A stretch of DNA of 54,316 nt, taken from the NCBI GenBank assembly GCA_964493555.1, contig CAZBOQ010000085.1, positions 1 through 54,316 on the forward strand, written 5' to 3'. This stretch comes from an uncultured Gammaproteobacteria bacterium. GTDB taxonomy: Bacteria; Pseudomonadota; Gammaproteobacteria; JADZEE01. This document shows positions 8,725-19,544 of this stretch, piece after piece; the stretch's first letter is position 1, and each line of letters opens with the position of its first letter. The notes below the pieces were generated by a model. That model saw nothing but the letters and a program-made list of their open reading frames with translations, was not told the DNA's origin and searched no databases. The position numbers and the translations under genes were made by a program.

Positions 8725-9579
8725 TCAGCTCGCAAGCACTCCGCCACTGACGCGCGAATGCCCCGACAGATCAGTAAAAGTGGTCACTGATGAGAAACGT
8801 TGAATTGCGAGCAGTTGTTGCACCGCTTCTGCTTGTTTGTCGCCGTGTTCCAACATCAACCATCCGCCGCGGCGGAGATGGTTGCCTGCGCCGTCGATGA
8901 TTTGGCGAATAGCAAGTAAACCGTCCACGCCGCCGATTAGCGCTTTGCGCGGTTCGTGGTGAATACCGCCGCCGGTAAGGGCTGGATCACCATTAGCGAC
9001 GTACGGCGGATTGGCGGTTATTAGTCCAAAGCGCCGGCCTGAGAAAGCGCTGTACCAGTCACCACATACAAACTCAGTGTTGATGATACCTAGACGGACC
9101 GCGTTGCGCTTGGCTACGCTGATGGCGTTCTCTGAGATATCGACGCCCACGACCCGAGCGGTTGGGCATTCCACTGCCAGTGCCAGTGCTATGGCACCGC
9201 AGCCGGTGCCGAGATCGGCGATGGTCCCGACGTCCTTCTGTCGAGCGATTTCCAAAGCCTTCTCCACCAGAAGCTCGGTTTCTGGCCGGGGAATCAGCGT
9301 GTGAGAAGTTACTTGTAAATCTAACGACCAGAATTCCTTGCGACCGAGCAGATACGCAACCGGAACACCGGCTTGTCGTTTAGCGATAAATTGGCGGAAC
9401 CGGGCTTCCTGTGCAAGGTCAACGTTGTTGTTTGGGTTTGCCACCAATGCGGCGCGACCCACCGCCGTTACCTCTGCAAGAAGCACTTCTGCATCCAAGC
9501 GCGGTGAGCTTGACGCGCCAAGCTCGGCGATACCAAACGCGAGTAGTTCCCCGACTGAACGAGTCTCCGGCTCCGCCAT
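8725..9579 (-). CDS. prmC: Release-factor glutamine N5-methyltransferase
   Basis: SAM motif DLGTGCGAIA and catalytic NPPY. Immediately downstream of prfA. Confidence 0.9.
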   Translation of the reverse strand: MAEPETRSVGELLAFGIAELGASSSPRLDAEVLLAEVTAVGRAALVANPNNNVDLAQEARFRQFIAKRQAGVPVAYLLGRKEFWSLDLQVTSHTLIPRPETELLVEKALEIARQKDVGTIADLGTGCGAIALALAVECPTARVVGVDISENAISVAKRNAVRLGIINTEFVCGDWYSAFSGRRFGLITANPPYVANGDPALTGGGIHHEPRKALIGGVDGLLAIRQIIDGAGNHLRRGGWLMLEHGDKQAEAVQQLLAIQRFSSVTTFTDLSGHSRVSGGVLAS

Positions 9580-9587
9580 GTCGTAAC

Positions 9588-10670
9588 TTAGTCCCCGAGC
9601 TCCCCGATCAAATCCGCTTGATGTTCCCGGATCAAGGGTTCGATCAACATGTCCAATTCTCCGGCCAGGATCGCTTCCAAACGTTCGAGCTTCAAGTTAA
9701 TACGGTGATCGGTAACTCGCCCTTGCGGAAAATTGTAAGTTCTGATTCGTTGTGAGCGATCGCCACTTCCCACAAGGTCGCGCCGGTTCTGCGCGATCTC
9801 GGCCTGTTGGCGCTCGCGGTCTGCGGCGGTCAGTTTGGCTTGTAAAAGACTCATGGCACGGGCTTTGTTCTTGTGCTGCGAACGCTCATCCTGGCATTCC
9901 ACGACGATGCCACTTGGCAGATGGGTGATGCGTATTGCAGAGTCGGTTTTGTTCACATGTTGCCCTCCAGCACCCGAAGCCCGAAAAGTATCGATCCTTA
10001 GATCGCCGCTTTGTAACTCAACCTCGCCAATCTCCTCAGTCTCAGGCAGCACCGCAACCGTGCAGGCCGAGGTATGAATACGGCCCTGTGATTCGGTTTC
10101 TGGAACACGCTGTACCCGATGCGCGCCCGATTCGAACTTGAGCCGTGAATAAGCACCACGCCCGGTGACGCGGGCTATTATCTCCTTCTGTCCGCCGAGA
10201 TCGCTAGTGTTTTCATGGAGCACTTCCACGCTCCAACCACGCGCCTCCGCATAGCGCGCATACATGCGAAAGATATCAGCAGCAAACAGTGCGGCCTCGT
10301 TGCCGCCGGTGCCAGCGCGGATCTCGAGAAAAATGTTGCTGTCGTCTGCGGGGTCCTCGGGAAGTAGCATCACCTGCAGTTGTTCCACGAATCGATCAGC
10401 TTCTTGTTGTGCGCCTTGTAGCTCTTCGCTGGCGAGATCACGGATGCCAGGCTCCGTATCCTTCATCATTTCCCGCGCGTTCTCCACCGTCTGTACGGCG
10501 TTCCGGTACTTAGCAAAGCATTGCACCACTGGTGCTATTTCGGCGTGTTCGCGCGAGTATGCGCGGAATTTGGTTTGGTCACGAATGATCTCCGCATCGG
10601 CCAGCAACGCATCGAGTTCAACCAAACGCTCGGAGATTACTTCAAGCTTTTTGGACAGCGATTCTTTCAT
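9588..10670 (-). CDS. prfA: Peptide chain release factor 1
   Basis: 360 aa. The [14 protein letters not shown] (GGQ) motif and RF-1 domain layout are present, and the RF1 codon-recognition tripeptide PET ([10 protein letters not shown]) is in the expected PxT position. Confidence 0.95.
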   Translation of the reverse strand: MKESLSKKLEVISERLVELDALLADAEIIRDQTKFRAYSREHAEIAPVVQCFAKYRNAVQTVENAREMMKDTEPGIRDLASEELQGAQQEADRFVEQLQVMLLPEDPADDSNIFLEIRAGTGGNEAALFAADIFRMYARYAEARGWSVEVLHENTSDLGGQKEIIARVTGRGAYSRLKFESGAHRVQRVPETESQGRIHTSACTVAVLPETEEIGEVELQSGDLRIDTFRASGAGGQHVNKTDSAIRITHLPSGIVVECQDERSQHKNKARAMSLLQAKLTAADRERQQAEIAQNRRDLVGSGDRSQRIRTYNFPQGRVTDHRINLKLERLEAILAGELDMLIEPLIREHQADLIGELGD

Positions 10671-10704
10671 GGTCGCGCGTAGCGATTTACATCCATTGTC
10701 TGGA

Positions 10705-11955
10705 TTAGTCCAAATCGAACAGCGCGCGAGCGATGGCTATGAACTCATCGTTGTCATTTGCGCCGGCTTCGCGCAGTTTTACGCTTGGGTTATGCATGAG
10801 TTTGTTTACCAGCAAATTCATCACTGCTTTAAGGACCACCTCCGGATCTTGGCCTTTGGCGAGACGCTTCTTCGCTTGCGACAACATAGCCTGTTTCAGC
10901 GCCTCGCTTGCAACTCGCATTTCCTGGATTGTGGCAGCTGCGTCATTCGCTTTAAGCCAGTCCTGGTAGCGGTTCGCCTGCGCGACAACGATTTCATTCG
11001 CTTGGGTCGCCGCGACTTCGCGCGACCGGATGTTGTCTTGTACTACCGTACGTAAATTGTCTACTGAATACAGATATACATCGGCCAATGTGCCTACCGA
11101 GGCTTCAATGTCCCGCGGAACGGCGATGTCGACCATAAATATTGGGCGTCGGCGCCGGGTTTTTATCGCTTCCTCGACTGTGTCGCGATGAAGGATCGGT
11201 TCGGACGCCGTAGTGGCCGAAACGACAATGTCCGCATCTGCCAGATGCCGGCTGAGATCGTCCAACTGAATTGCGTAGCCCCCATATTTGCTGGCGAGGT
11301 TCTGGGCCCGCTCTATAGTTCGGTTTGCGACTATCAAGCGGCCAAGGCCATTTTCAGCGAGATGGTTGGCGGTGAGTTCGATGGTGTCGCCGGCGCCGAG
11401 TAGGAGGGCGGTACGTTGTTTCAGATCGCCGTGAATCTGTTGTGCTAGCCGCACCGCGGCGAAGGCAACCGAAACCGGAGAGGATCCGATCGAGGTGTCG
11501 GTTCGTATCTGTTTGGCAACATGAAAGGCGTGCTGAAAGAGTTTGTTCAAACGCTTTCCGACGACTCGCTGATCGACCGCTGCTTTATAGGCATCTTTGA
11601 GTTGGCCCAGGATCTGCGGCTCCCCGAGCACCATGGAGTCGAGCCCCGCGGCGACCCGCAAGATGTGGCGGACAGCCGCGAGATCTTCGCATTCGAACAA
11701 ATGTGATTCGAGTTCGGTTGCCGCCATGTCGTGGAACCGGCTCAACCAATCGGCGAGAGGATTGTCATGTTGCCGTTCGACGCCGCTGTAGATCTCAGTG
11801 CGATTGCAAGTCGATAAGAGCGCCACCTCATCGATGCTGGGGTGTTCGCTGAGCTCGCGAAGCGCCTCGGGGAGAGCATCTTCGCTGACGGCGAGCCGCT
11901 CCCTGACCTCTATCGAAGCGGTGCGATGGTTAACGCCGATGACCGAAAGCAGCAT
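10705..11955 (-). CDS. hemA: Glutamyl-tRNA reductase
   Basis: N-terminal [15 protein letters not shown] and the catalytic LSTCNRTE motif. NADPH-binding GAGDTIEL. 416 aa. Confidence 0.95.
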   Translation of the reverse strand: MLLSVIGVNHRTASIEVRERLAVSEDALPEALRELSEHPSIDEVALLSTCNRTEIYSGVERQHDNPLADWLSRFHDMAATELESHLFECEDLAAVRHILRVAAGLDSMVLGEPQILGQLKDAYKAAVDQRVVGKRLNKLFQHAFHVAKQIRTDTSIGSSPVSVAFAAVRLAQQIHGDLKQRTALLLGAGDTIELTANHLAENGLGRLIVANRTIERAQNLASKYGGYAIQLDDLSRHLADADIVVSATTASEPILHRDTVEEAIKTRRRRPIFMVDIAVPRDIEASVGTLADVYLYSVDNLRTVVQDNIRSREVAATQANEIVVAQANRYQDWLKANDAAATIQEMRVASEALKQAMLSQAKKRLAKGQDPEVVLKAVMNLLVNKLMHNPSVKLREAGANDNDEFIAIARALFDLD

Positions 11956-12184
11956 GTGGAGGTTCCTTTGCGACGGCCGATATTGTACGCAATATCCAGG
12001 TGCGATGAGCCCGGCATGCCCTGTAAAAGAGCCGGAAATCAGTATCTGGGCGTTAATTTTACAACCAACTTGGAGTATAGTCGTCAGGCGATCGTAAAGT
12101 GTTTCCTCTCAGTAGACACAGGTTCCGCGTGATCAGAACGAGTGTGAACACGCCGGCCCACCACTGGATAGAACTCGACTTCCG

Positions 12185-13954
12185 ATGAGAGCCACGAAAC
12201 CCGGGCAACTGCGCATATTGCGCTACCATCTCGTCTTCATTTTACAACTGTTGGGACTGGGCTGCGCGACCACAGCCATCGCGCCGGATCGACCCGTTGC
12301 TGATGAGCTGACGGCGATCGAAGAGTCGATTGAGCCTGGCGAACCGGTCCTGTCCCGCAAACCTGGAATATCACAGTTAAGCGAAGATGTTCTATACAAG
12401 TTACTGGTTGCCGAGATAGCGGGGCAGCGTGGCAAAATCGATATCGCGCTAAACAACTATTTGGAAGTGCTAGAAGTAATTCCAGATGCACGGATTGCTG
12501 AACGGGCGACCCGCATCGCTCTGTTTGCGCGCAACACCGGGAAGGCGCTCAAGGCTGGTGAACTCTGGCTGACGTTGGCCCCCGAGAATCTCGATGCCCA
12601 TCAGATCGCCGCCGCGATGTACATCCGCTCCGGGAAGGTTGAACAAGCGTTGGAGCACCTAGAATTCGTTCTCTCTGCCGACGAGCCAGATTCAAATCAG
12701 AAGCTCTTGATGATCGCGAATTTCCTGGGGCGGGAAGAAGACAAGGAAACCGCACTATCCATCATGCAACGTCTAGTCGACAAGCGCGAGGGTGAAACCG
12801 GTGCACTGCTCGCTTATGCACTGCTCTCAATTCGCGCCGAGGACATCGATCGGGCGCGGATCGCGATGGACGAAATCATACAGCTCGCGCCGGACCATCT
12901 CGGCATTGCGATGGCGTATTTGAGTGTTCTGCAACGAACTGAAAATGTCCAAATCGCGGTCGATTGGTTGGAGGCCGTGCTCGCTAAGGCGCCGGAGCAC
13001 TTTGAACTTCGACTTGTCTACGCGCGTATGCTCGCCGACGCAAGGCGTTTCGAAGACGCTCGCGTGCAGTTCAATATCCTCGCTAGGCAAAAACCGGAAC
13101 ACGCCGACGTTCGCTACGCCCTGGGTTTGCTCTATCTACAGGCCAGTCAGCTTGACGAGGCCAAGCAACATCTTCTGATGCTGGTCGGCGAGGAGGAACG
13201 TGAACACGATGCACACTATTACCTCGGCCAAATCCTCGAAGCGCAGAAAAACCACATAGAGGCGGAAGAACACTATCGTTCGGTAACCGATGGCGAACAT
13301 AGTTTCGATTCGCAGTTGCGGATTGTCACGATGATGGCGGACCAATCCAAGATCGAGGAAGCACGCGCCTATTTAAGAACCGTGCATGCCGTAGGCACTG
13401 ACGATAAGCTGAAAATCGTCCGCATCGAGGGTGAAATCCTGGCCGAGGAAGGACAGTATGAAGAAGCAATGGCGGTATACGATGCTGCGCTAGCGGAATA
13501 TTACGATACTGAGCTCCTTTATACTCGAGCCATGTTGGCTGAAAAGATGGATGCGCTCGATATTTTGGAGCGTGATCTGCGAGCCATCATCGAGGAAGAG
13601 CCGGAAAACGCCCAGGCGTTGAATGCGTTGGGTTATACCTTGGCGGATCGTACCGAACGATACCAGGAAGCACATGATCTCATTCGCCGAGCATTGGAAT
13701 TAAGCCCCGCGGACTTCTACATTCTCGACAGCATGGGTTGGGTGTTGTATCGGTTGGGAAGGTTTGAAGAGGCAATCTCCTATCTTCGCCAAGCGCGGGA
13801 ACTACGCGACGATCCTGAAGTCGCTGCCCACCTTGCCGAGGTGTTGTGGGTAACGGGCGACAGGGACGGTGCGCGTGATGTTTGGGAGAGTGCGTTGCGG
13901 ACGACCCCGGGCGACGCGATATTATTAGATGTCATCGAACGGCTTGCGCCCTGA
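12185..13954 (+). CDS. Tetratricopeptide-repeat lipoprotein
   Basis: Lipobox-like LLGLGC near the N-terminus and multiple TPR-like A/L/Y-rich repeats. It occupies the slot between hemA and lolB seen in pseudomonad-type genomes. Confidence 0.7.
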   Translation: MRATKPGQLRILRYHLVFILQLLGLGCATTAIAPDRPVADELTAIEESIEPGEPVLSRKPGISQLSEDVLYKLLVAEIAGQRGKIDIALNNYLEVLEVIPDARIAERATRIALFARNTGKALKAGELWLTLAPENLDAHQIAAAMYIRSGKVEQALEHLEFVLSADEPDSNQKLLMIANFLGREEDKETALSIMQRLVDKREGETGALLAYALLSIRAEDIDRARIAMDEIIQLAPDHLGIAMAYLSVLQRTENVQIAVDWLEAVLAKAPEHFELRLVYARMLADARRFEDARVQFNILARQKPEHADVRYALGLLYLQASQLDEAKQHLLMLVGEEEREHDAHYYLGQILEAQKNHIEAEEHYRSVTDGEHSFDSQLRIVTMMADQSKIEEARAYLRTVHAVGTDDKLKIVRIEGEILAEEGQYEEAMAVYDAALAEYYDTELLYTRAMLAEKMDALDILERDLRAIIEEEPENAQALNALGYTLADRTERYQEAHDLIRRALELSPADFYILDSMGWVLYRLGRFEEAISYLRQARELRDDPEVAAHLAEVLWVTGDRDGARDVWESALRTTPGDAILLDVIERLAP

Positions 13955-14624
13955 GTTTGTGGGCAAAGAACGCACGCTCGCGCAAAACTTGTCATCCAGT
14001 CACACTAGCGGCTCCAACCGTACTGACTGGTCTCTAAAACTTTGCCCTTTAGTGTGTGCCTTCGCGCTCTTTACTGGTTGTGCCACGGTCAGGGAACCGC
14101 GTCCGTTTGATGCTCAACTTTGGCAAACCCGCCAACTGCGGCTAGAGGCTTTAAACTCTTGGGAGTTGCGCGGTCGTATCGCCGTCAAGACCGACGAAGA
14201 GGGTTTCAGCGCCTCACTTGCTTGGCAGCAGCTCGAGGATGATTACGACATTAAAATATCGGCACCGCTAGCACTCAGATCTTTTGAACTCCAAGGAAAT
14301 ACGGTGGGCGTCGAACTGCGCTCGGCTGAGGCGCCGCCACGCTACGCGAATAGTCCAGAATCTTTGTTGGACGATGCATTTGGTTGGTCGGTGCCGGTAT
14401 CGGATCTTCTTTATTGGATCCGCGGGCTGCCGGGTCCCGGCACCCCAGTAGATGATTTACAGTTGGACAGTGACGGGCGGTTGTCGGCACTGTGGCAGTC
14501 TGGGTGGGAGATAAAAATTGAGCGCTATGCGCGGGTTGGTCGGTATCAGTTGCCGAGCAAGTTATCCCTGCAGCGCAGTCTAATCAGAGTTCGTTTAATC
14601 ATTCAGAAATGGAAACAAAAGTGA
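13929..14624 (+). CDS. lolB: Outer-membrane lipoprotein insertion protein LolB (start codon uncertain)
   Basis: Lipobox ALFTGC after a hydrophobic segment. Position directly upstream of ispE. The ATG at 13929 overlaps the TPR gene, and an internal TTG near 13988 is an alternative start. Confidence 0.7.
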   Translation: MSSNGLRPEFVGKERTLAQNLSSSHTSGSNRTDWSLKLCPLVCAFALFTGCATVREPRPFDAQLWQTRQLRLEALNSWELRGRIAVKTDEEGFSASLAWQQLEDDYDIKISAPLALRSFELQGNTVGVELRSAEAPPRYANSPESLLDDAFGWSVPVSDLLYWIRGLPGPGTPVDDLQLDSDGRLSALWQSGWEIKIERYARVGRYQLPSKLSLQRSLIRVRLIIQKWKQK

Positions 14625-15472
14625 GTCGTGGCTGGCCGGCGCCGGTCAAGGTGAATTTGTTTCTACATATCACAGGGCGCAGAGGGGACGGTTATCATAC
14701 TTTACAGACCGCGTTTCAATTCGTGGGCGTTGCGGATAGCCTGGATTTTAAAATACGTAAAGATGGGCGGGTCCGGCGAATTAACACTCCGGATGAGATG
14801 CTGGATGTTTCGGGCGAACGTGATCTCAGCGTGCAGGCGGCACGAACCTTGCAAACTTATAGTGTGACCTCGCTAGGGGTCGATATAGTGTTGAACAAGA
14901 CGATCCCGATCGGTGGTGGATTGGGAGGTGGGAGCTCCGACGCAGCAACGACCTTGGTGGCGCTTAACCATCTCTGGGAACTGGGACTGGAGGTCGATGT
15001 GCTTGCTGAGTTGGGTTTGCAGCTGGGAGCTGACGTTCCTGTCTTTGTACGTGGACACGCGGCGTGGGCTGAGGGGATGGGAGAGCGCTTGGGCGCTAGC
15101 GATCCGCCTAAACTCTGGTACCTCATTGTTACCCCGGACTGTCATGTCGCTACTTCCGAGGTGTTCTCTGCACCTGAATTGACACGCAATACGCCTCCTA
15201 TCACAATGCACGACTTTCTGCGCCAAGGGGGCCGCAACGACTGTGAAGCGGTCGTGCGTAGGCGCTACCCCGCTGTCGGCAAAGCGCTTGATTGGCTTGC
15301 GGGGTACGCGGACGCTAGGCTGACGGGGACGGGAGCGTCGGTGTTTGCGACTTTCCAGACGCGCGATGGCGCTCTTAGGGTTTTGGCCGATGTGCCAGAG
15401 GGTTGGCGTGGCTTCGTAGGCAAAGGCTTGAACCGCTCGCCGTTGCTGGACCGCCTCGTCGTAGGTGATTGA
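14609..15472 (+). CDS. ispE: 4-diphosphocytidyl-2-C-methyl-D-erythritol kinase
   Basis: WPAPVKVNLFLHITGRRGDGYH N-terminus and GHMP-kinase loop PIGGGLGGGSSDAA. Confidence 0.95.
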   Translation: METKVSRGWPAPVKVNLFLHITGRRGDGYHTLQTAFQFVGVADSLDFKIRKDGRVRRINTPDEMLDVSGERDLSVQAARTLQTYSVTSLGVDIVLNKTIPIGGGLGGGSSDAATTLVALNHLWELGLEVDVLAELGLQLGADVPVFVRGHAAWAEGMGERLGASDPPKLWYLIVTPDCHVATSEVFSAPELTRNTPPITMHDFLRQGGRNDCEAVVRRRYPAVGKALDWLAGYADARLTGTGASVFATFQTRDGALRVLADVPEGWRGFVGKGLNRSPLLDRLVVGD

Positions 15473-15542
15473 ACAAGGCTCCTGAAACCGCTAGTGGGGA
15501 CGGATACGTCGTGGGGAGCCGGCGCGATACTACGGTCACAAT

Positions 15543-15617
15543 TGGGGTGTCGCCAAGTGGTAAGGCACGGGGTTTTGCTCCCCGCATTCCCAGGTTCGAA
15601 TCCTGGCACCCCAGCCA
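15543..15617 (+). tRNA. tRNA-Gln (anticodon TTG)
   Basis: TGGGGTGTCGCCAAGTGGTAAGGCA..., anticodon loop TTTTGCT, T-arm CAGGTTCGAATCCTG, acceptor TGGGGTG/CACCCCA, encoded CCA. Sits between ispE and prs. Confidence 0.9.
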
Positions 15618-15670
15618 GATTTCAGCAAGCGTTTCGGCGCGGAAAAACTTAAGGTTATGTAGGTAGCAAT

Positions 15671-16624
15671 ATGCCACTTGAATCGATGACTCTGCTGACC
15701 GGCAACGCCAATCGGAAGCTTGCGATCGCCATTGCTAACAAACTTCACGTGCCGCTCGGTAATGCTACCGTCGACCGGTTCAGTGACGGCGAAATAATGG
15801 TCGAGTTGATGGAGAACATGCGCGCGCGGGACGTGTATATCATCCAATCGACCTGCGCGCCCACCAATGATAACTTGATGGAATTGTTGGTAATGGTCGA
15901 TGCAGTCAGACGTGCATCGGCCAGCCGCATAACCGCGGTCATCCCTTACATGGGTTACGCGCGCCAGGATCGGCGTCCCCGATCGGCACGGGTGCCGATA
16001 TCGGCCAAGGTCGTTGCCAAAATGATTGCCGCAGCTGGTACCGACCGGGTGTTGACGGTGGATCTGCATGCTGATCAGATTCAGGGTTTTTTCGACATGC
16101 CGTTGGATAACATCTATGCCTCGCCGGTCTTGTTAGGGGATGTCTACAAACAAGAGAAAGATGAATTGGTCGTGGTCTCGCCGGATGTCGGCGGCGTGAT
16201 CCGCGCACGTGCACTGGCCAAGCGTCTTGATGATGCGGATCTTGCTATTATCGACAAACGTCGCCCGAATCCGAATGAAGCACAGGTCATGAATATCATC
16301 GGCGAGGTAAGCGGGCGTACCAGCGTCATTATCGATGACATGGTTGATACTGCTGGCACTCTGTGTCAGGCAGCCGCGGCACTGAAGGAGCACGGCTCGA
16401 AAAAAGTGGTCGCCTACTGCACGCATCCTGTGTTGTCCGGGAAGGCGATTGAGAACATAAATGGCTCGGTGCTCGACGAGATAATTGTCACAGATACCAT
16501 CCCGCTAAGCGTCGCTGCGGAGCAATGTGACAAGATTAGACAGGTCTCGGTAGCCGAATTGTTGGCCGAGAGCGTTAGACGGATAAGCGAAGGCGAGTCT
16601 CTAAGCTCCATCTTTGTTGACTGA
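15671..16624 (+). CDS. prs: Ribose-phosphate pyrophosphokinase
   Basis: FSDGEI, the PRPP-binding loop DDMVDTAGT, and VVSPDVGG. The start could instead be the second in-frame ATG at 15686. Confidence 0.95.
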   Translation: MPLESMTLLTGNANRKLAIAIANKLHVPLGNATVDRFSDGEIMVELMENMRARDVYIIQSTCAPTNDNLMELLVMVDAVRRASASRITAVIPYMGYARQDRRPRSARVPISAKVVAKMIAAAGTDRVLTVDLHADQIQGFFDMPLDNIYASPVLLGDVYKQEKDELVVVSPDVGGVIRARALAKRLDDADLAIIDKRRPNPNEAQVMNIIGEVSGRTSVIIDDMVDTAGTLCQAAAALKEHGSKKVVAYCTHPVLSGKAIENINGSVLDEIIVTDTIPLSVAAEQCDKIRQVSVAELLAESVRRISEGESLSSIFVD

Positions 16625-16708
16625 GACTTTTTGCCCCAAATAGACTTGGGTCAACCTTGGTCGCGGGGTTGGCGGATAGTAAGGAGCTACTTAAAGGAGT
16701 AAATATTT

Positions 16709-17413
16709 ATGGAACAGTTTAATTTATCTGCCGACGTGCGCGAGACGCAAGGAAAGGGTGCGAGCCGCCGCCTGCGTCGAGACAGCAAAGTGCCAGGCAT
16801 TATGTACGGTGCGAGTAAGGAACCGCTTCCCATACAGCTTGATCGATTCATGTTGAATAACAATCTAGCGCATGAAGCATTTTATTCAAGCATTCTTACC
16901 CTAAGGATAAACGGGGCCGATGAACGGGTGGTGCTGAAAGATTTGCAACGCCATCCCTATAAGGCTCAGATCCTGCACATCGATTTTCTGCGTATCGACG
17001 AGAAACAGGAGCTGACCATTCGGGTGCCGTTACATTTCCTTAACGAGGAGGTGTGCATCGGCGTCAAGCAGGGCGCCATCGTGCAGCGTTTGATCACTGA
17101 ACTAGAAATTGTTTGCCTGCCGAAAGATCTACCGGAATATATAGAAGTGGATGTGGAGGCCTTGGATATCGGTGACACTATCCGTATAGGTGCACTAGCT
17201 GTACCCGAGGGAGTGAAGATCGCGGCGTTGATACACGGCGGCGATCCCAATCAAAGTATCGTCTCGGTGCAAGTGCCCAAGATAATAGTTGAAGAAGAGC
17301 CGACCGCCGAGGAAGAAGTCGAACTGGCCGAAGGCGAGGAAGCACCAGTGCCGGAAGATGGTGCGGAGGGAGCAGAACCTGCTGCCGACTCAGAACGGGA
17401 AGCGAGTACCTAG
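16709..17413 (+). CDS. rplY: 50S ribosomal protein L25 / general stress protein Ctc (long form)
   Basis: N-terminal L25 domain (GKGASRRLRR..KVPGIMYG) followed by an acidic C-terminal tail. Located between prs and pth. Confidence 0.9.
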   Translation: MEQFNLSADVRETQGKGASRRLRRDSKVPGIMYGASKEPLPIQLDRFMLNNNLAHEAFYSSILTLRINGADERVVLKDLQRHPYKAQILHIDFLRIDEKQELTIRVPLHFLNEEVCIGVKQGAIVQRLITELEIVCLPKDLPEYIEVDVEALDIGDTIRIGALAVPEGVKIAALIHGGDPNQSIVSVQVPKIIVEEEPTAEEEVELAEGEEAPVPEDGAEGAEPAADSEREAST

Positions 17414-17459
17414 GCCCCGGCAAGGCACGCGGATCTAGTGCGCGGGCTGGTGGACCCTG

Positions 17460-18068
17460 GTGGCTGATCCGCTCAAGTTGGTTATCGGGCTTGGCAACCC
17501 CGGTGAAAAGTATGCGCCCACTCGGCATAACGCCGGGTATTGGTTCGTTGAGCGGTTGGCGGGCAAATACGGCGGTAGGTTTCGTGATGTGCAGAAGTTC
17601 CAGGGCGCTACCGCCCGCATTGCTACACCGCACGACTGCTGGCTGTTGAAACCGAGTACCTTTATGAATCTGAGTGGCCAAAGTGTGGGCGCGCTGTCGC
17701 GTTATTATCATATCAATCCGCGTGAGCTTCTAGTTGTGTATGACGAACTCGATTTGCCGCCAGGAGTCGCACGGCTTAAGAAGGGTGGTGGTGATGCGGG
17801 GCACAACGGACTGCACGATGTCATCGCTACGCTCGGTACACGGGAGTTTTGGCGATTGCGTGTCGGGATCGGCCACCCTGGACTTGGCAGAGACATTTCA
17901 TCTTATGTGTTGCGCCCGCCTGGAAAGGAGGATGTAGCTTTGATCGGAGAGGCACTGGACAAGGTCGAAGGGGTACTTTTCCGCATTATGGATGGTGAGT
18001 TCAACGAGGCCATGAATGTGCTCAATCGCCGGAACAAAGATGACGTGGATGACAACGGTCTGCAATAG
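17460..18068 (+). CDS. pth: Peptidyl-tRNA hydrolase
   Basis: LVIGLGNPGEKYAPTRHNAGYW and GGDAGHNGL motifs. GTG start. Confidence 0.95.
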   Translation: MADPLKLVIGLGNPGEKYAPTRHNAGYWFVERLAGKYGGRFRDVQKFQGATARIATPHDCWLLKPSTFMNLSGQSVGALSRYYHINPRELLVVYDELDLPPGVARLKKGGGDAGHNGLHDVIATLGTREFWRLRVGIGHPGLGRDISSYVLRPPGKEDVALIGEALDKVEGVLFRIMDGEFNEAMNVLNRRNKDDVDDNGLQ

Positions 18069-18085
18069 CGCAGGAAGGTCTCGCG

Positions 18086-19177
18086 ATGGGTTTTAAATGC
18101 GGCATCGTCGGATTGCCGAACGTCGGCAAATCCTCGTTGTTCAATGCATTGACTCGTGCGGCGGCTAGCGCCGAGAACTACCCCTTTTGTACCATTGATC
18201 CCAATGTCGGGGTCGTCGCAGTGCCTGATGAGCGCTTGAATAGGTTGTGCGACATCGTTCAGCCGAAGCGCCGCATGCCGGCGCAAATGGAATTCGTCGA
18301 TATCGCTGGTTTGGTCGAAGGCGCAGCGGAAGGCGAAGGGCTAGGTAACCAGTTTCTAGCACATATCCGCGAGACCCAAGCTATAGCCCTTGTGACGCGC
18401 TGTTTCGAGGATGAAAATATCACACATGTCACCGGGCGCATCGACCCGGCGGCTGACATCGAACTGATCCACACGGAGCTGGCTCTGGCTGACTTGGCCA
18501 CGGTTGAGAAGGCGCTGGTGCGCCACAAACGCCGTGCCGGTAGTGGCGATAAGCAGGCGCAACAGCAAATAGCGAGTTTGGTGGCGATACAGAACTGGCT
18601 TAGCGACGGCAAGCCGGTTCGCGACATGGAGCTGGGCGTAAGTGCCCTAAAGGACGTTGCCGAACTGCATCTGCTTACCAGCAAACCCGTGCTATATGTT
18701 GCCAACGTCGACGAAGCGTCGTTGAACGGTAATGTGCATTCAGAAGTGGTCGAGAATATAGCGCGCAAAAGCGGTGCCGTTGCGATTCGGCTGTGTGCGG
18801 CAATCGAAGCGGAGATTGCTACACTCGATGAAGATGGAATCAGTGAATTTCTTGCTGAGTTAGGAATAGTCGAATCCGGTCTAAACCTGCTCATAAAGGC
18901 GGGTTATGAACTATTAATGCTGGAGACGTTTTTCACTGCGGGCCCGAAGGAGTGTCGCGCTTGGACCATACCAAAATCTACCTGCGCTCCCCAAGCAGCC
19001 GGCGTGATCCACACAGATTTTGAACGCGGTTTCATCCGTGCCGAAGTCATTGGCTACCAGGACTACATCGTCCATAACGGTGAGCAGGGTGCACGTGATG
19101 CTGGCAAATGGCGACTGGAAGGTAGGGACTATACAGTGCGTGATGGTGATGTAATTGAATTCCGTTTCAATGTTTGA
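18086..19177 (+). CDS. ychF: Redox-regulated ribosome-binding ATPase YchF
   Basis: GIVGLPNVGKSSLFNALT P-loop, 363 aa, C-terminal TGS-like DGDVIEFRFNV. Confidence 0.95.
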   Translation: MGFKCGIVGLPNVGKSSLFNALTRAAASAENYPFCTIDPNVGVVAVPDERLNRLCDIVQPKRRMPAQMEFVDIAGLVEGAAEGEGLGNQFLAHIRETQAIALVTRCFEDENITHVTGRIDPAADIELIHTELALADLATVEKALVRHKRRAGSGDKQAQQQIASLVAIQNWLSDGKPVRDMELGVSALKDVAELHLLTSKPVLYVANVDEASLNGNVHSEVVENIARKSGAVAIRLCAAIEAEIATLDEDGISEFLAELGIVESGLNLLIKAGYELLMLETFFTAGPKECRAWTIPKSTCAPQAAGVIHTDFERGFIRAEVIGYQDYIVHNGEQGARDAGKWRLEGRDYTVRDGDVIEFRFNV

Positions 19178-19334
19178 ATCTTCGCCGCGTCGCCATTACT
19201 CGAGTTCCAGAATATAGCCCCAGTCTTTTGCAGCGCTCGGTGTCACCGATACAGGCTGTTTTTCTGGGGCAGACGTGTTTTTGAAAGTGCGCGACGTTCG
19301 TGCAGCTCCGCTGGCGAGATGGTTCGGTTTAAGA

Positions 19335-19525
19335 GGTGCCCTCCGTAAGAGTGCCGTTACCTAACCTGTCACTTGAACCGTCGGTCCAAGAGGGAACGTG
19401 GCCGAACGAATCAGGCTTGCCGCTGATATGCGGCCATGCACAACATCGTTCCAGGTTCGGTTCCTGCGGTGAGTATCATAGGCTCAAGCATACCGGGTTA
19501 GCTCGCGAACACTACAGAGGGCACC
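19335..19525 (-). ncRNA. ssrS: 6S RNA (SsrS)
   Basis: It lies immediately downstream of zapA on the same strand, the classical zapA-ssrS arrangement. The ends GGUGCCCUC... and ...GAGGGCACC form a 9-bp closing stem. Internal GGAACG/CGUUCC pairing flanks an unpaired centre. About 190 nt with no credible ORF. Confidence 0.7.
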
Positions 19526-19544
19526 AAGTCATTCTAAACTGGGG

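Noticed and set aside
9588-10670. Possible programmed frameshift in the release factor gene
   Set aside because: The gene is prfA (RF1), with the RF1-type PET tripeptide in the PxT codon-recognition position, and is one uninterrupted frame. The +1 frameshift is a feature of prfB, not prfA.
10264-11055. 263-aa plus-strand ORF spanning the prfA/hemA junction
   Set aside because: It is antisense to two strongly supported genes. The product is Ser/Ala/Cys-rich and low in complexity, with no motif. This is a typical shadow ORF of GC-rich coding DNA.
15536-16069. 177-aa minus-strand ORF
   Set aside because: It runs antisense through the prs 5' half and across the tRNA-Gln gene, so it is not plausible as a coding sequence.
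18259-18894. 211-aa minus-strand ORF
   Set aside because: It lies entirely antisense within ychF. Its Ser/Ala-rich composition marks it as a shadow ORF.
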